Below are positions 23,831 to 36,662 of a stretch of 64,000 nucleotides of DNA, one piece after another (the first letter of the stretch is position 1; every line of letters begins with the position of its first letter). The notes under the pieces are model-generated. The model did no database searches and had not been told where the DNA came from. It saw only the letters and a program-made list of their open reading frames with translations. The translations under genes and the position numbers were made by a program. Source of the DNA: Hemiscyllium ocellatum (taxonomy: Eukaryota); the NCBI RefSeq assembly GCF_020745735.1, contig NW_026869048.1:124001-188000 (forward strand), read 5' to 3'.

Positions 23831-25242
23831 ATTTAGGAAACCTCGAACAAAGAATCATGCAGCACAGAAACAGACCCAATGTCTTCGGTTGTTGGAGGAG
23901 GAGCCTATCGAGACAAGGCATGTTGTAGAAACTGACGCAAGTTTCAGCGATGTGGATGGGATCTGGACTGGAAGTTTCAAATATGTCAAGAAATTGGTGA
24001 GAGGAGAGGACATGACAGAGATAGGAACTGTTATAAGTGTTAGAATAATTGAAGACACTGATCCACAAGACGAGACATAGATACAGTGTTGGAGAGGGAT
24101 TAGGGAACAGAAAGATCCCAGGCAGCATTCCCACCCTCTCGTTGAAGGCCTGCATTCCCCTCTGATGTCCTGGTGCTCATCAAGACAGCACACGCCTGGA
24201 TTGAAAACTGGGAACTCCAGATGCTGTCTCAGTACAATAAAACTTCAAGTAGGGGTGGTGTTTGAGCCTGAGGGGAGTCTGTACTGTGCTTCCCTTCTAG
24301 CACTGTATCTATGTCATGTCCTGTTAGCTGATGTTTGGAGCCCTCTCACTGCTCTCTGCTCTGTGCACTGTGAGTGATCTTACCTGGCGGCAGGATTTAT
24401 TGAAGGCTCCCGACCACCCTGACCTTTGTCTCCCTGGCTGACCAATCATTTTCCCAACCAGCAGTTGGCAAGTCTATTGAGTCACAAACTCCCTGAGTAT
24501 CTGTAGAAGACACAGAAATAGTCAGAATGGGAAATTAGACTGATGCTGTAAGGGTTACACATGTAGAATGGCACTGAGCCCACAGAGATCTGGAAAATCC
24601 CAGTCTCCATTCCGGGTCTGTATTGCCTCATCTCTCTGGAGTGGAGAATTCGGTTGGCGCAGGATTTGGAGTGGCTGCAAGAGTAAGAGACGCTGACAAA
24701 GGCAGCAATTAGACCCACACAGCGAGGGATCCCACATGGACAGATACTGAGTGATATCACCAGGGTTCAGGATCAAACAATTGTGCAAAAAGATAGGGTT
24801 TCGATTCATGTTGCACTGGGATGGGCAACCTGTGAACAGGTGAAGTGAGAGCCTAGTGGCATTATGTGAGAATAGAAAATGCATACAATGTCGTGGGACT
24901 CTCAATGCGGAGATGATTTTAGTCTTTACCAAGTGTTTCAGAGCCCCAGTACAGACTGTTCCACTCCTCGTGCACAGCCAGATATCCCAACTGAGGGGGC
25001 AAAGTGTTGTCGTGGGATATGGAGGTGCTTTTCTGGAACTCCCTCAGTTTTGGAGGTGGAAATAGAGTAGAAGGAGCAGGGTTTTGTATGCAGTTACCTG
25101 TTCCCCTCCTTTTGCAGCATCTTATTATTGCCCTGACTTTACCTCGTACATGTTTGGTAGAGATCAGAGATGTTTCGTAAGCCCATAATATAAGATCTGT
25201 CACTCTGTTTAAGACAGCAGAAATCTCTTGTAGCACAATAGT

Positions 25243-26160
25243 CATAGAACAATACAGCACAGAACAAGCCCTTCGGTCCGTGATGTCGCGCCGACCTGTA
25301 ACTGTTCTCAGCTTGTCCCTGTCCACTATCCCAAAATCACCCATGTGCTTATCTAAGGATTGTTTAAATCTTCCTGATGTGGCTGAGTTGTCTACATTAG
25401 CAGGTAGTACGTTCCACAACCTTACCACTCTCTGAGTAAAGAACCTGCCTCTGACATCTGTCTTAAATCTATCACTCCTCGTTTGCAGTTATGCACCCTC
25501 GTGCACACTGACATCATTATCCTTGAAAAACCCTTCCACTGTCTACCCTATCCGAGCCTCTGATCATCTTATATGTCTCTATCAAATTCACTCTTGGCTT
25601 TCTTCTTTCCAAGGAGAACAGGTTCAACTCTCTCAGCCTTTCTTCATAAGATTTTCTCTCCAGACTAGGCAATATCCTCCTCTGCACCTTTTCCAATTCC
25701 TCCATGTCCTTCCCGAAATATGGGGACCAGAACTGCACACAATATTCCAAGTGCGGCCGCACCAGCGTTTTTATATTTGCAGCATGATATTGCGGCTCTG
25801 GAACTCAATTACACTATGAATGAAACCTAACACACCATACGCTGTCTTAACAGTACTATCCACCTGGATGGCAACTTTCATGGATCTATGTACATGGATT
25901 CCAACATCCCTCTGCACGTCCACACTACCAAGAATCTTTCCATTGACCCAGTACTCTGCCTTCTTGTTATTCTTCTCAAAGTGCATCACCTCACATTTAG
26001 CTGCATTGAACTCCATTTGCCACCTCTCAGCCCAATTCTGCAGTTTATCCAAGTCCCCCCGCAACCTGTAACACTCTTCCACACTATCCACTACTCCACC
26101 GACTTTAGTGTCGTCAGCAAATTTACTCATCTATCCACCTATGCCTGCGCCTAAGTCATT
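25243..26160 (-). mobile_element. 5'-truncated CR1/HER1 LINE (RT C-terminus + tail)
   Basis: SKFADDTKVGG, WQMEFNAAKCEVMH, RPHLEYCVQFWSP and a ctgtattgttctatg tail. Confidence 0.9.
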
Positions 26161-26164
26161 ACTA

Positions 26165-28280
26165 AAAGTTCAACTTGCATGTTTACTTTCAGAGAATCCT
26201 CGACCAGCATTCCCAGATCCCTTTGTACTTTGGCTTTATGAATTTTCGCACCGTTTAGAAATTAGTCTATGCTTTCATTCTTTTTGCCAAAATGCAAGAC
26301 CTCGCATTTGCTCACGTTGAATTCCATCAGCCATTTCCTGGACCACTCTCCCATTCTGTCTAGATCCTTCTGTAGCCTCCCCACTTCCTCAGTACTACCT
26401 GCCTGTCCACCGAACTTCGTATCATCTGCAAACCTCGCTAGAATTCCCCCCGTCCCTTCATCCAGAACGTTAATATATAATGTGAACAGCTGTAGCCCCA
26501 ACACTGAATCCTGCGGGACACCGCTTGTCATCGGCTGCCATTCTGAAAAAGAACCTTTTATCCCAACTCTCTGCCTTCTGTCAGACAGCGAATCCTCAAT
26601 CCATCCCAGTAGCTCACCTCGAACACCATGGGCCCTCACCTTGCTCAGCAACCTCCCGTGTGGCACCTTATCATAGTCCTTTCTGAAGTCTAGATAGACC
26701 ACATCCACTGGGTTTCCCTGGTCCAACATACTTGTCACCACTTCAAAGAATTCCAACTGATTTGTCAGGCATGACCTCCCCTTACTAAATCCATTTTGAC
26801 TTGTTCTAATCAGACTCTGCTCTTCCAAGAATTTAGAAGCCTCATCCTTAATGATGGCTTCTACAATTTTACCAACAACCGAGGTTAGGCTAATTGGCCT
26901 ATAATTTTTCATCTTTTGTCTTGATCCTTTCTTGAACAAGGGGGTTACAACAGCGATCTTCCAATCATCCGGGACTTTCCCTGACTCCAGTGACTCTTGA
27001 AAATGTCAACCACTGCCTCTGCTATTTCCTCAGCCACCTCTCTCAGAACTCTAGGATGTATCCCATCGGGGCAGGAGGTTTATCAATTTTAAGACCTTTT
27101 AGCTTTTCTAGCACTATCTCTTTTGTAATGGCAACCATACTCAACTCAGCCCCCTAACTCCCTTTAATTGTTGGGATATTACTCATGTCTTCCACTGTGA
27201 AAACTGACGCAAAGTACTTGTTAAGTTCTCCTGCTATTTCCTTATCTCCCATCACTAGGCTTCCAGCATCAGTTTGATGTGGCCCAATGTCTACTTTTGC
27301 CTGTCGTTTGTTACTTATGTATTGTAAGAAACTTTCACTATGATTTCTAATATTACTGGCTAGCCTACCTTCATATTTGATTCTCTCCTTTCTTATTTCT
27401 CTCTTTGTTTTCCTCTGTTTGTTTTTGTAATCTTCCCAAACTTCTGATTTCCCACGACTCTTGGCCACTTTATAGGATCTCTCTTTTTCTTTAATACATT
27501 TCCTGACTTCCTTTGTCAGCCATGGCTGTCTAATTCCTCCCCGGATAATCTTTCTTTTCTTGGGGATGAACCTCTGTACAGTGTTCTCAATTATAACCAC
27601 AAACCCCTGCCATTTTTACTCTACTGTCTTCCCCACTAGGCTCTGCTTCCAGTCTATTTTCGTCAGTTCCTCTCTCTCATGCCCTCATAATTACCTTTAT
27701 TTAACTGTAACTACATTACATCCGATTTTGCCTTCTCTCTTTCAAACTCCAGACTGAACTCTACCATGTTATGATCGCTGCTTCTTAAGGGCTCCCTCAC
27801 TTTAAGATCTTTTATAAAGTCTGGTTCATTGCAAAGCACTACGTCCAGAATAGCCTGCTCCCTTGTGGGCTCCATGACAAGCTGTTACAAAAAGCCATCC
27901 TGTAAGCATTCCATGAGTTCCCTTTCTTTGGATCCACTGGCAACATTATTTACCCAGTCCACCTGCATATTGAAGTCTCCCATGATCACTGTGACCTTGC
28001 CTTTCTGACATGCCTTCTCTATTTCCCGGTACATGTAGCGTCCCTGGTCCTGATCACTGTTCGGAGGTCTGTACACGCATTCCTGATTTATATACTCACT
28101 GCTTTCCTTCCCGGCTGCCCCTCAGGTAGCCGTCACTTCCCCTGCTGCTTCAGCTCTTTCGGGGAAGAGAGAAAATAAAACCACCGCTTCCCGCTACCGG
28201 TAAGTAATTTTAAAACAATCTGTCTCGCCTTAGCTGGAATCTTCCGGGTTCATTTTTACTCAGCCACTGCTCCCACTCAA
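26165..28280 (-). mobile_element. CR1 LINE 5' part (5' end, endonuclease, linker, RT to FADD region), 3' end missing
   Basis: YRPPNS and MGDFN (APE), QPWLTKE linker, NYRPISLTS, SCLTN, GVPQ.SVLG and FADDTK. A CpG-bearing 5' end lies at ~28100-28280. Confidence 0.9.
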
Positions 28281-29509
28281 AAGTGCCTTTCTCTCACTTG
28301 TTTCTGAAAGTAAATTTGGACCATTTTGAATAACTTTGTGCACTTTTCCAGAAGAACCCACACCTATTCTATCATTTAGAAGTTTTAACCCATGAGAAAT
28401 TTGTTACCTGCTCCAATGGCAGTTATAATTCTCTGACCACTTCTACGGAGCCAGTGCAAGTCAATTCTAGCAATTATCAATAGATCATATCGAAACAGGA
28501 TGCCCCCACAACAGGAAGTGCTCTGACACTCAATGCCTGCAAGTTGTGTTGTTTTTTTAAAGCCCCTCATGCGTTTGGCAATCTGGCATTACAACTGAAG
28601 ATATTTTATATACAGTAATCTTACAGTCTCAATTGCCAGTTTCAGTCCATGAAGCAGCCAGTAACATGCATCAGTGATTTGAATTCTAACGACAGCATTG
28701 CCCTGGCTGGAGAGATTGAAGACCATGAAACTGTACTCTGGAGTATCTAAAATGAAACACTTGAAATGAACAAAATTCTTCAAGAGCTCAATAGGACAGA
28801 TACAGGAAGGATGTGCTCCCTGGCTGGTGTGTCTCGAATGAAATCAGCACCAACTGTGGTATCTTTACCCAGCATCCTCTTTAGGTCCATAAATGTTTAA
28901 GATGTATTTGCTGATCTAATTCCACTCTCTTGATCACTCCCGTTTCTAACTGCTGTAGTGTTAGGGTCCATGCAAATTGATAACATTTGATTCAATCCAT
29001 CCCAAAATCCCTCTGTGTCGGTGTCTCACTTTTGTTCACCGAGACCGTCATTCAATCTGACCTCTTTACAAACCCTGCCTGATATTTCCTCAGAGGGTTC
29101 AGAATGAAATATTCACAGAATTATTACTGCGCAAAAGGAGGCTGTTTGCCTCATCAGCTCTCCAAAAGATCACCTCACCGAATGCTATTCATCTACATTT
29201 ACCCCATAAACCTTCCCATTCGTCCTCTTCCAGTAACGGTTCAATTCTATTCTCTTCATTGTACCTGGCTCCACCACACTCTTTGGCAGTGCATTCCTGA
29301 CCATAAACATTCTCTGCATGAAAACATTTTGTCTCATGTCACATGTGCTTCCTTTGTCAATCCCTTTACATCAGTGCATCCTCATTATTGATTCGTTCAT
29401 GCATGCGAACAGTTTGTCCTGATCTACTCTCACTAGACCCCTGTTGGAGGTATCTTTACCCTGTATCCCCCGGGATGGTGGATATCATTTCTCCCCGTCA
29501 CAGGAGACC

Positions 29510-29680
<171 letters not shown>

Positions 29681-29954
29681 CCACAGCGATTGAATTTGTT
29701 TTGTTTGCTCATGGGATCACAGCATCACTTGCTGGGGTAGCATTTGTTATCCATTCTGACTGCCCAGGAGATGGTTCAGAGTCAACTACATTATTCAGGG
29801 TCTGGATTCACATGTCGGCTGGACCAGGTCAGAATTAACAGTTTCACAGGCCCAATGACATGAAAAGTTGATTTCTGGTCTATTGTCGTATTTTGGAAAT
29901 AATAATGAAAAATATTTGCAGTTGAATTAGAAGTGTAAGACCAAAATGGGTTTT

Positions 29955-30230
29955 ATGAGGAAGTGAGGACTGCAGATGCTGGAGATAAAGGCTGAAAAAT
30001 GTCTTGCTGAAAAAACGCAGCAGTTCAGGCAGCATCCAAGGAGTAGGAGAATCGACGTGTCAGGCACGAGACCTTCTACAGGGCTGTGCTTTTCTAGCAC
30101 CACACCTTTTGACTCTGATCTCCAGCATCTGCAGTCCTGAAGAAGGGTTCATGCACGAAATGTTGATTCTCCTGCTCCTTGGATGGTGCCTGACCTGCTG
30201 CGCTTTTCCAGCAATACATTTTTCAAAATG
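29955..30230. repeat. Penelope terminal-repeat composite: one antisense copy followed by a 1.5-mer tandem sense copy (114-nt unit)
   Basis: 29955-30082 matches the 17332-17462 repeat. 30083-30196 and 30197-30225 are successive reverse-complement units, with a degenerate HHR CTGAAGAAGGGTTCATGCACGAAATGTT starting at ~30137. Confidence 0.75.
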
Positions 30231-31619
30231 GGTTTTATTCTGATTTAGCACGTCCTCCTGTTTCTCTCAGTTATTATTAACAACCTCATTCCCCTCGCAC
30301 CAGAACCTGTTCCAGAGAGTGTTACAGAACAGGCAGAATGGTCAGCTGCAGCTGGTCACCTGACCGGTCACTGGACCCGAAACGTTTACTCTCCACAGAT
30401 GCTGCCAGATCTGTTGAATTTTTCTAGCAATGTCTGTTTTTGTTTCTGATTTGCAGATGGTTCGTTGTTCAATATTCATCTTGTTTGTTTCAAAGGACTT
30501 TATTGATGAATTTGGAGAGTTTTGAAAATTGCAAGTCAGGCCACAAATTAGCCAAGATCTATTGAATGGCAGAGCAGGGTTGAGGGGCTGAATGACCTCC
30601 TCATGTTCCAATGAAAGTTGTCCATCTGCGGCTTTTGGTAACATTTCCCCTCGCTGCTCACTTCACATCCATGTCTAACACACCGTTACTGACTGAACAA
30701 ACCTCCTGTGTTTGAACTCAACCTGCTGCAGATCAGTGGCTCCCTGTCTTGCCACCCGGTATTAACTCTCATCATGGAATGCTGTCTTATATTACTGCGA
30801 GAATGTCCACAAAGGACTCAGCCTGGAGTCTGTACCCCCTGGGATCCACAAACCCCATTTATTTCCTCCCTCTCTCATTCTGGTTATTGAATTCTCTGTT
30901 TCAATCCATTCTCCTGTCATGCTCTTCAACATGTCCATGTGGGTGTACTATAGACAGCTGGAATTTAATGAAGGGAAGTGGGGATTAGGCAGAAACACGA
31001 GGAGAGGTGATAGCAAAGACAGTTCTCATTGTAACGGCAGAGTTTCTATGTGACCCAGTGAGTGCGGATACACCTGAGATTGTGGGGGAGGCAGATTCAA
31101 TCAGGGATTTGGGAAAGCACTCAGACACTGACCTGTCCATCTGATTGTTAACTCAGACAGAAAGACAAAAGAAAGATACACATTTAGATAGCAACTTTGA
31201 CCTGGGGTAATGAAACATGTTTCAGACCCAACAATTCCAACCTCAAATCTCTGAACCCACAAAAACCAAAGCTTCCTCCTTTTGTCAGGTTGTCCGTCAG
31301 CCTCCTCTTTTCTTGAGAAAAACATTTTTGAATTGTTCAGCCTTTCCTGGTGATTATAAGCTCTATTTTCCTGTAAGATTTGTGACGAATCCTTTATTAT
31401 TGTTCTGTTCCTTGTGAGTTATACCAGCTGACCTGTGCGGGTTTAGGTTGGAGTATTTGTTTTACAAATTCATTCTCACCCTCATATACAGTGTGAAATT
31501 GTTGTAAAACAGAAGGAAAGGATTGAGTGAGAACCCCCATAAATACAAAGGCAGCGTGTGTACATGAACTGAATGAACCTGGCATTAGAAAAATGTGACG
31601 ACAATCACAACTAGTTAGA

Positions 31620-31810
31620 ATCACAGAATCCCGTCTGTGCAGAAAGAGGCTATTCAGTCCATCGAGCCTACAATGACCTGCTCTCCCACCCAACTCCATA
31701 GCCCCACATTTACCATGGCTAACCCAACCCACCGAACCTTCACACTACAGGCCATGTGATCATGGCCAATAGAGCAAACCTGCACATCTGTGGGAGGATC
31801 ACAGATTACA
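31620..31810 (-). mobile_element. HE1-type SINE fragment
   Basis: Reverse complement of V-domain and tail (catggccaat..gcaaacctgcacatct.tgggagg). Confidence 0.65.
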
Positions 31811-32714
31811 TCCAAATGCTGGGAATTGTGGATGAAGCCTCACGGATAGGTGACTCTGACACAAATGCTCTGCTTTTAAAAATAAAATCTAGGGGAAACT
31901 GCAACCGGAAAGATTTCCAATTATCTCTGGAGGAAGAGAAATCAAAACTTGTGCCACTGACCCAGGGGACACAGTTAAAGTTAAAGAGGCCTGGGAAGCA
32001 TCAGAAATGTAACAGATTGTGAGGAAGGTGGGGGTCAGACAAGAACAAAAAGACAGTCTGTCACACGGGGGATGGCAGGAGAGATTAAACAGCAGAAATG
32101 GTAGTCCCTCAAGGTCAGATGGAATGGAATTAGGGCTGGGGAAAAAACCAGGAAACAAGGTATGCAGCTGTCAAATACTTTGGAAAATCAGATTATAACA
32201 ACACAGAGGGCAGAGTTCACAGTCTGAAATTGTTGCTCTCATTGGTGAGTACAGAACATTGTAAAGCCTGGGTAGTTCTATTACAGCATCATACATAGGA
32301 TGGGCCAAGTGGCCGCGATCTGTGCTGTACGTTTCTGATATTTTTTATCTGACATTTGGACTTCAAGTCTGATGACGTTAATACATTTTCAAATTGGACT
32401 GGAGTTTAATATTCTGGAGAAATGACAAATAAATCACAGTTCAAAGCCCTGCATGTTCCAGCATTGAGGTTACATCCATTTGCTGCTGGTGGGACAGGAC
32501 ATACAGGGATGGTGATGGTGGTGTCTGGGACATTGTAAGGAATGATTCTGACTGTGTAAGGCGGTTGGTTGACAGTCTGTGTTCCAGCTCACCCAATACG
32601 ATGCTGGCAGGGTGAGAAACTACATTTGGAGCTCCTCTGCTCACCAGTTCCTTTCCTTTCTGCTTTTATCTTATTTATTTCTCTCTCACTCACCCCCTTG
32701 CAGTCTCAGACACA

Positions 32715-33385
32715 AATGTCTCAACTTTGAATCATGATACCAGGATAACCCTGTACCCCGTGTCTCACTACTTTCTGAATAATCCTTCCATGGGGAACGT
32801 TATCAAACACATTGCTGAAATCAATATACACCGCATCCACTGTTCTATCCTCACAAACATGTTTGTCACATCCTCAAATAATTCAGTAAGATTTGTGAGG
32901 CATAACCTGATGCTCACAAAGCCATGCTGACCATCTCTAATCAATCTATGCTTTTCCAAATAATCATAAATCCTGTCTCTCAGAATCCTCTCCAATAATT
33001 TGTCCACAACTGATGTAAGACTGACTCATCAATGATTCCCAGGATTATCTTGATTGCCTTTGTTGAAAAAAGGAATAACGTTTGCAACCCTCCAACCATA
33101 TGGTATGACTCCAGTGGATAGTGAGAATGCAAAGATCATTGCCAAAACACAGTAATCCCTTTCCTCGCTTCCCATAATAACCGAAGTTATATCCTTTCTG
33201 GCCCAGGGCACTTCTCTACCCCCATGAGTTTTCAATATGTTCAGCACATTCTCCGTCTTAACATGGATTGGTTTGACCATATCAGCCTGTTTCCCATTGT
33301 CCTCACAAAGAACAACGTCCCACTCACTCATGAATACTTGAGCAAAGTACTCATTAAGGACCTCCCCGACCTCCTCTGACTCCTG
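32715..33385 (-). mobile_element. CR1 LINE RT fragment
   Basis: VANVIPFFNKGNQDNPGN, KLLERILRDRIYDYLE and QHGFVSIRLCLTNL. Confidence 0.85.
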
Positions 33386-34400
33386 GCACAAGTTTGCTTC
33401 ACGATTAGGGGTATAAATGTGGAATTATGTCTCAGCACTGAATTAATATAAAGATATTGCAGTGTACAATCACTCGATTACTTTGAATATTGAACTATAT
33501 TTTAACTGAGAAAAAAGTTGAATTGATTTGATAATATTTCACTTCACGATAATTTTTGTTGTATTTTGAACCACAATAAGAGTTTCCTTTTTACATATAT
33601 AAAACTTAATTAAAATTAATCGCATGTTTACATACAGAAAATAGAATTAACAGCTGTTTGTTCCTTCCTTATTCAATGACTGTTCATTTTGAATTTGTGG
33701 AAGGTGTACATTGTTGAAAGGAAGGGGAATTGTCTTCAGCTGAACATTCACATTGAATGACTGATGTATTTTACAAATCAAAGTACAATAATCATACAGT
33801 TTTGTCAATTTGTATTTCAAAGAATTGTCATGAGATTCCTGTTTATTTAAGTCTATCATTCCTTTATTATATTGTTATTGTAAAATATTGTTTAATTTCC
33901 AGTCCATTACACGCAGAAACTACCGAATCAATTCCCATTCAAATTACTGCAATAAACAGCTGATTAATTTTCATTTGAGTAACCACATTAAACATAATAT
34001 TGCAGTCCTGCCGGCCTGAGTGAGAACATTATGAAAGGAGCGTGTGGAGCTGTGGCAGTGTCTCTATTACTAGACTCGAGGGAAGGTTTCAAATCACACC
34101 TTCAACAGAAATATATGCAGAGCTGCTCTGAATGTTGATTAGAGAGTACCTAAGCACAGATTGAATTGCTTTTCAATCTAATATTAGATCTGCTTTTGAC
34201 TATTACATCAATAATCACAAAATCTGATACTTACTTGAGTCAAGTTACCAAGAAATATGTGTTGGAAAATTCGTTTTTGCCACCTTGCTTTTACAAAAGA
34301 CTGACATCTGGCCCTGTTGTCTCTAACTGTAAGAACTCTAAAGAGGATTTTCACTTTTACGAAAAAAGTGGAGCTGTTTCCCATATAAATTCCCATATAA

Positions 34401-34674
34401 CAGCGCCTGTAGACCCGGGTTCAATTCCCGACTCGGGCAACTGACTGTGTGGAGTTTGCACGTTCTCCCCGTGTCTGCGTGGGTTTCCTCCGGGTGCTCC
34501 GGTTTCCTCCCACAGTCCAAAGATGTGCGGGTCAGGTGAATTGGCCAAGCTAAATTGCCCGTAGTGTTAGGTAAGGGGTAAATGTAGGGGTATGGGTGGG
34601 TTGCGCTTCGGCGGGTCGGTGTGGACTTGTTGGGCCGAAGGGCCTGTTTCCACACTGTAAGTCTAGTCTAATCA
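34401..34674 (+). mobile_element. HE1-type V-SINE, young-looking copy
   Basis: B-box ccgggttcaattcccg, a clean V-domain gtggagtttgcacgttctccccgtgtctgcgtgggtttcctccgggtgctccggtttcctcccacagtccaaa and a CR1-type tail. CpGs are retained. Confidence 0.92.
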
Positions 34675-35689
34675 AATTAATGCTTCTTCAACCAACGCCT
34701 TTTCAGCTTAGAAAAGGTTTCATAATAATGCTTTACTTTTGGATAGTTGGGTTACCTGTATCTAATTCTGTCGCTTATAAGTTCCTGGAGAATATTTGAA
34801 AATGTTGCAGAATTCAATATTCCAAGTAATGAGATTGATCTTTTTTTGTTGCAAAGCGGCAAGTCCAAACAATTGAAACACATTAAACATTATTTTCTCG
34901 TGCTATAAATTGGAAATAAAGTTGATATCTTCTTCAGTAAACCAACAAATGCTCCCACCTATTACTTGTCAGTCAGCTGTTTGCCGACTTTGTGACTAAA
35001 TATTGTGATTCATCTAAATATTACTCTGTCCTTTGATCAAAGTGAATTTGTAATTGTTGTTCAATTTATGAATTGCCAGAAACTTGTTTTTATTTTTCCA
35101 TTCACCTGTTCATTTTGACCGTAAGGTTGAAATACTTTGAAAATATTCGAGTTTGTTCATTTAAAAATAAGGTTTGCACATCTCTCAAATATATCATTTC
35201 TTGTATTATGATTCAAGAATGTTTCCTGGTGGAATTCAAGTAACTTCCAAACATTTGTTCACTTCAAATAAGACCTGTAATACCCAATTATCAATCTGTT
35301 GTTAATGTTTCAGCTGGTTACATTGACATTGATTAGGTACTCATTCAGAGAGATCAACTGGCAATTATAAACTATTTGCAGGATTATTGAATTGAAAGAG
35401 AGATACAGACGGGCAATCATATTTTGGAAGGAATTGCTTTTTCATTCAAACGTGTCGGCTGTTCAAGAATTCTATATTGTGTTCCATTGGTTTTCTTGTC
35501 GAGAAATCAAATTTATAATTCATGTGAATTTTAATGTGTTCTGTATTTGTATCAAATTTAAGAATAAAAAGACGAGAAATTAACATGAAAACTTCAGTGA
35601 ATAGAAAGCACAGTAAACTAAATTGACAGATGCAACCTTTAGTATTACCTCTGAATATTCAGACAAATATTTCTAATGTCAAAAGAGCA

Positions 35690-35752
35690 TGGTCAGGCAG
35701 CATGCGAGGAGCAGAATCGACGTTTTGGACATGAGCCCTTCATCAGGAATCT
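35690..35752 (-). repeat. solo Penelope terminal repeat fragment with degenerate HHR
   Basis: Minus strand ATTC-CTGATGA-AGGGCTCATGTCC-AAAACGTC, with G12>A in the GAAA box. Confidence 0.7.
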
Positions 35753-36361
35753 TTTTTGATGATGGCCGAATGCCCGACAGGCCGATACTCCTGCTCTTTG
35801 AACGTGCCTTCCCTTTTCCAATGCTACAGCTTTCCTCACCTTCTACAAATATGTTTAATGAACATGAACTGAAAATGTTAGCATCAGCAGTTGAACAAGA
35901 CCAAATTGCCACATTTTTTGCAATATTTATAGTGAAAACCTGTTTGAGAACATGCAGAAAATTCGATCGAACAACATCTCTTGCCTTTAGAATCCTTGGC
36001 CATTCATGATAAAGAATAACCATGCTTTGAACAATCAATATGGTGTATAACGACTGAACTGAAATACCAGAGGACACTGATTGTATTTATTGCAGGGAAT
36101 GATAACCAGATCCCTACTGTGATAGTGGTGATTGATCTCCTAGACAATAAAATTTTACTGTGATTATTCCACTGAACAGTAATTAGATGGTCATGAGAAT
36201 CTTTTTTTGGCTTTATGTACAGTGTTTTGTTTGAACATCGATGTCAGTAACATTGAGATATTTTACAAGATTAACAATTGACACTTAAAGGTAAGTTTTA
36301 AATGCAACGTTTAAAAAAAATTGTTAGTTTTGGATAGCGAAACACAATTCTAAGTTTATCG

Positions 36362-36662
36362 AATCCCTACTGTGTGGAAACAGGCCATTTAGCCCAACAA
36401 GTCTACACTGACGTTCCAAAGAATAATCCACTAAGCACCATTCTTCTCGCAGATTACTGGGCATTTACCCTGACTAATGCACATAACCTACACATCCATG
36501 AACAGAACGTGCAGCTAAGCATGGCCAATCAACCTAACCTGCATATCTTCGGATTGTGGGAGAAAACCAGAACATACAAACTCCACACATACATGTGTCC
36601 GAGGATGGAATCAAACCCAAGTGCATAACACTGTAAGACACGAGTGCTAACCACTGATCCTC
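36362..36662 (-). mobile_element. HE1-type SINE
   Basis: Reverse complement of tail (ggaaacaggcc), V-domain and tRNA-derived head (gtgctaaccactg). Confidence 0.8.

Noticed and set aside
23814-24080. 88-aa acidic ORF
   Set aside because: It starts within a CR1 tail, has no recognisable domain and no splice support.
24555-24932. TRNGDWDFP resembling MHC class II beta-2 (NGDWTFQ)
   Set aside because: No flanking C1-set Cys/Trp pattern in any frame, so treated as a chance motif.
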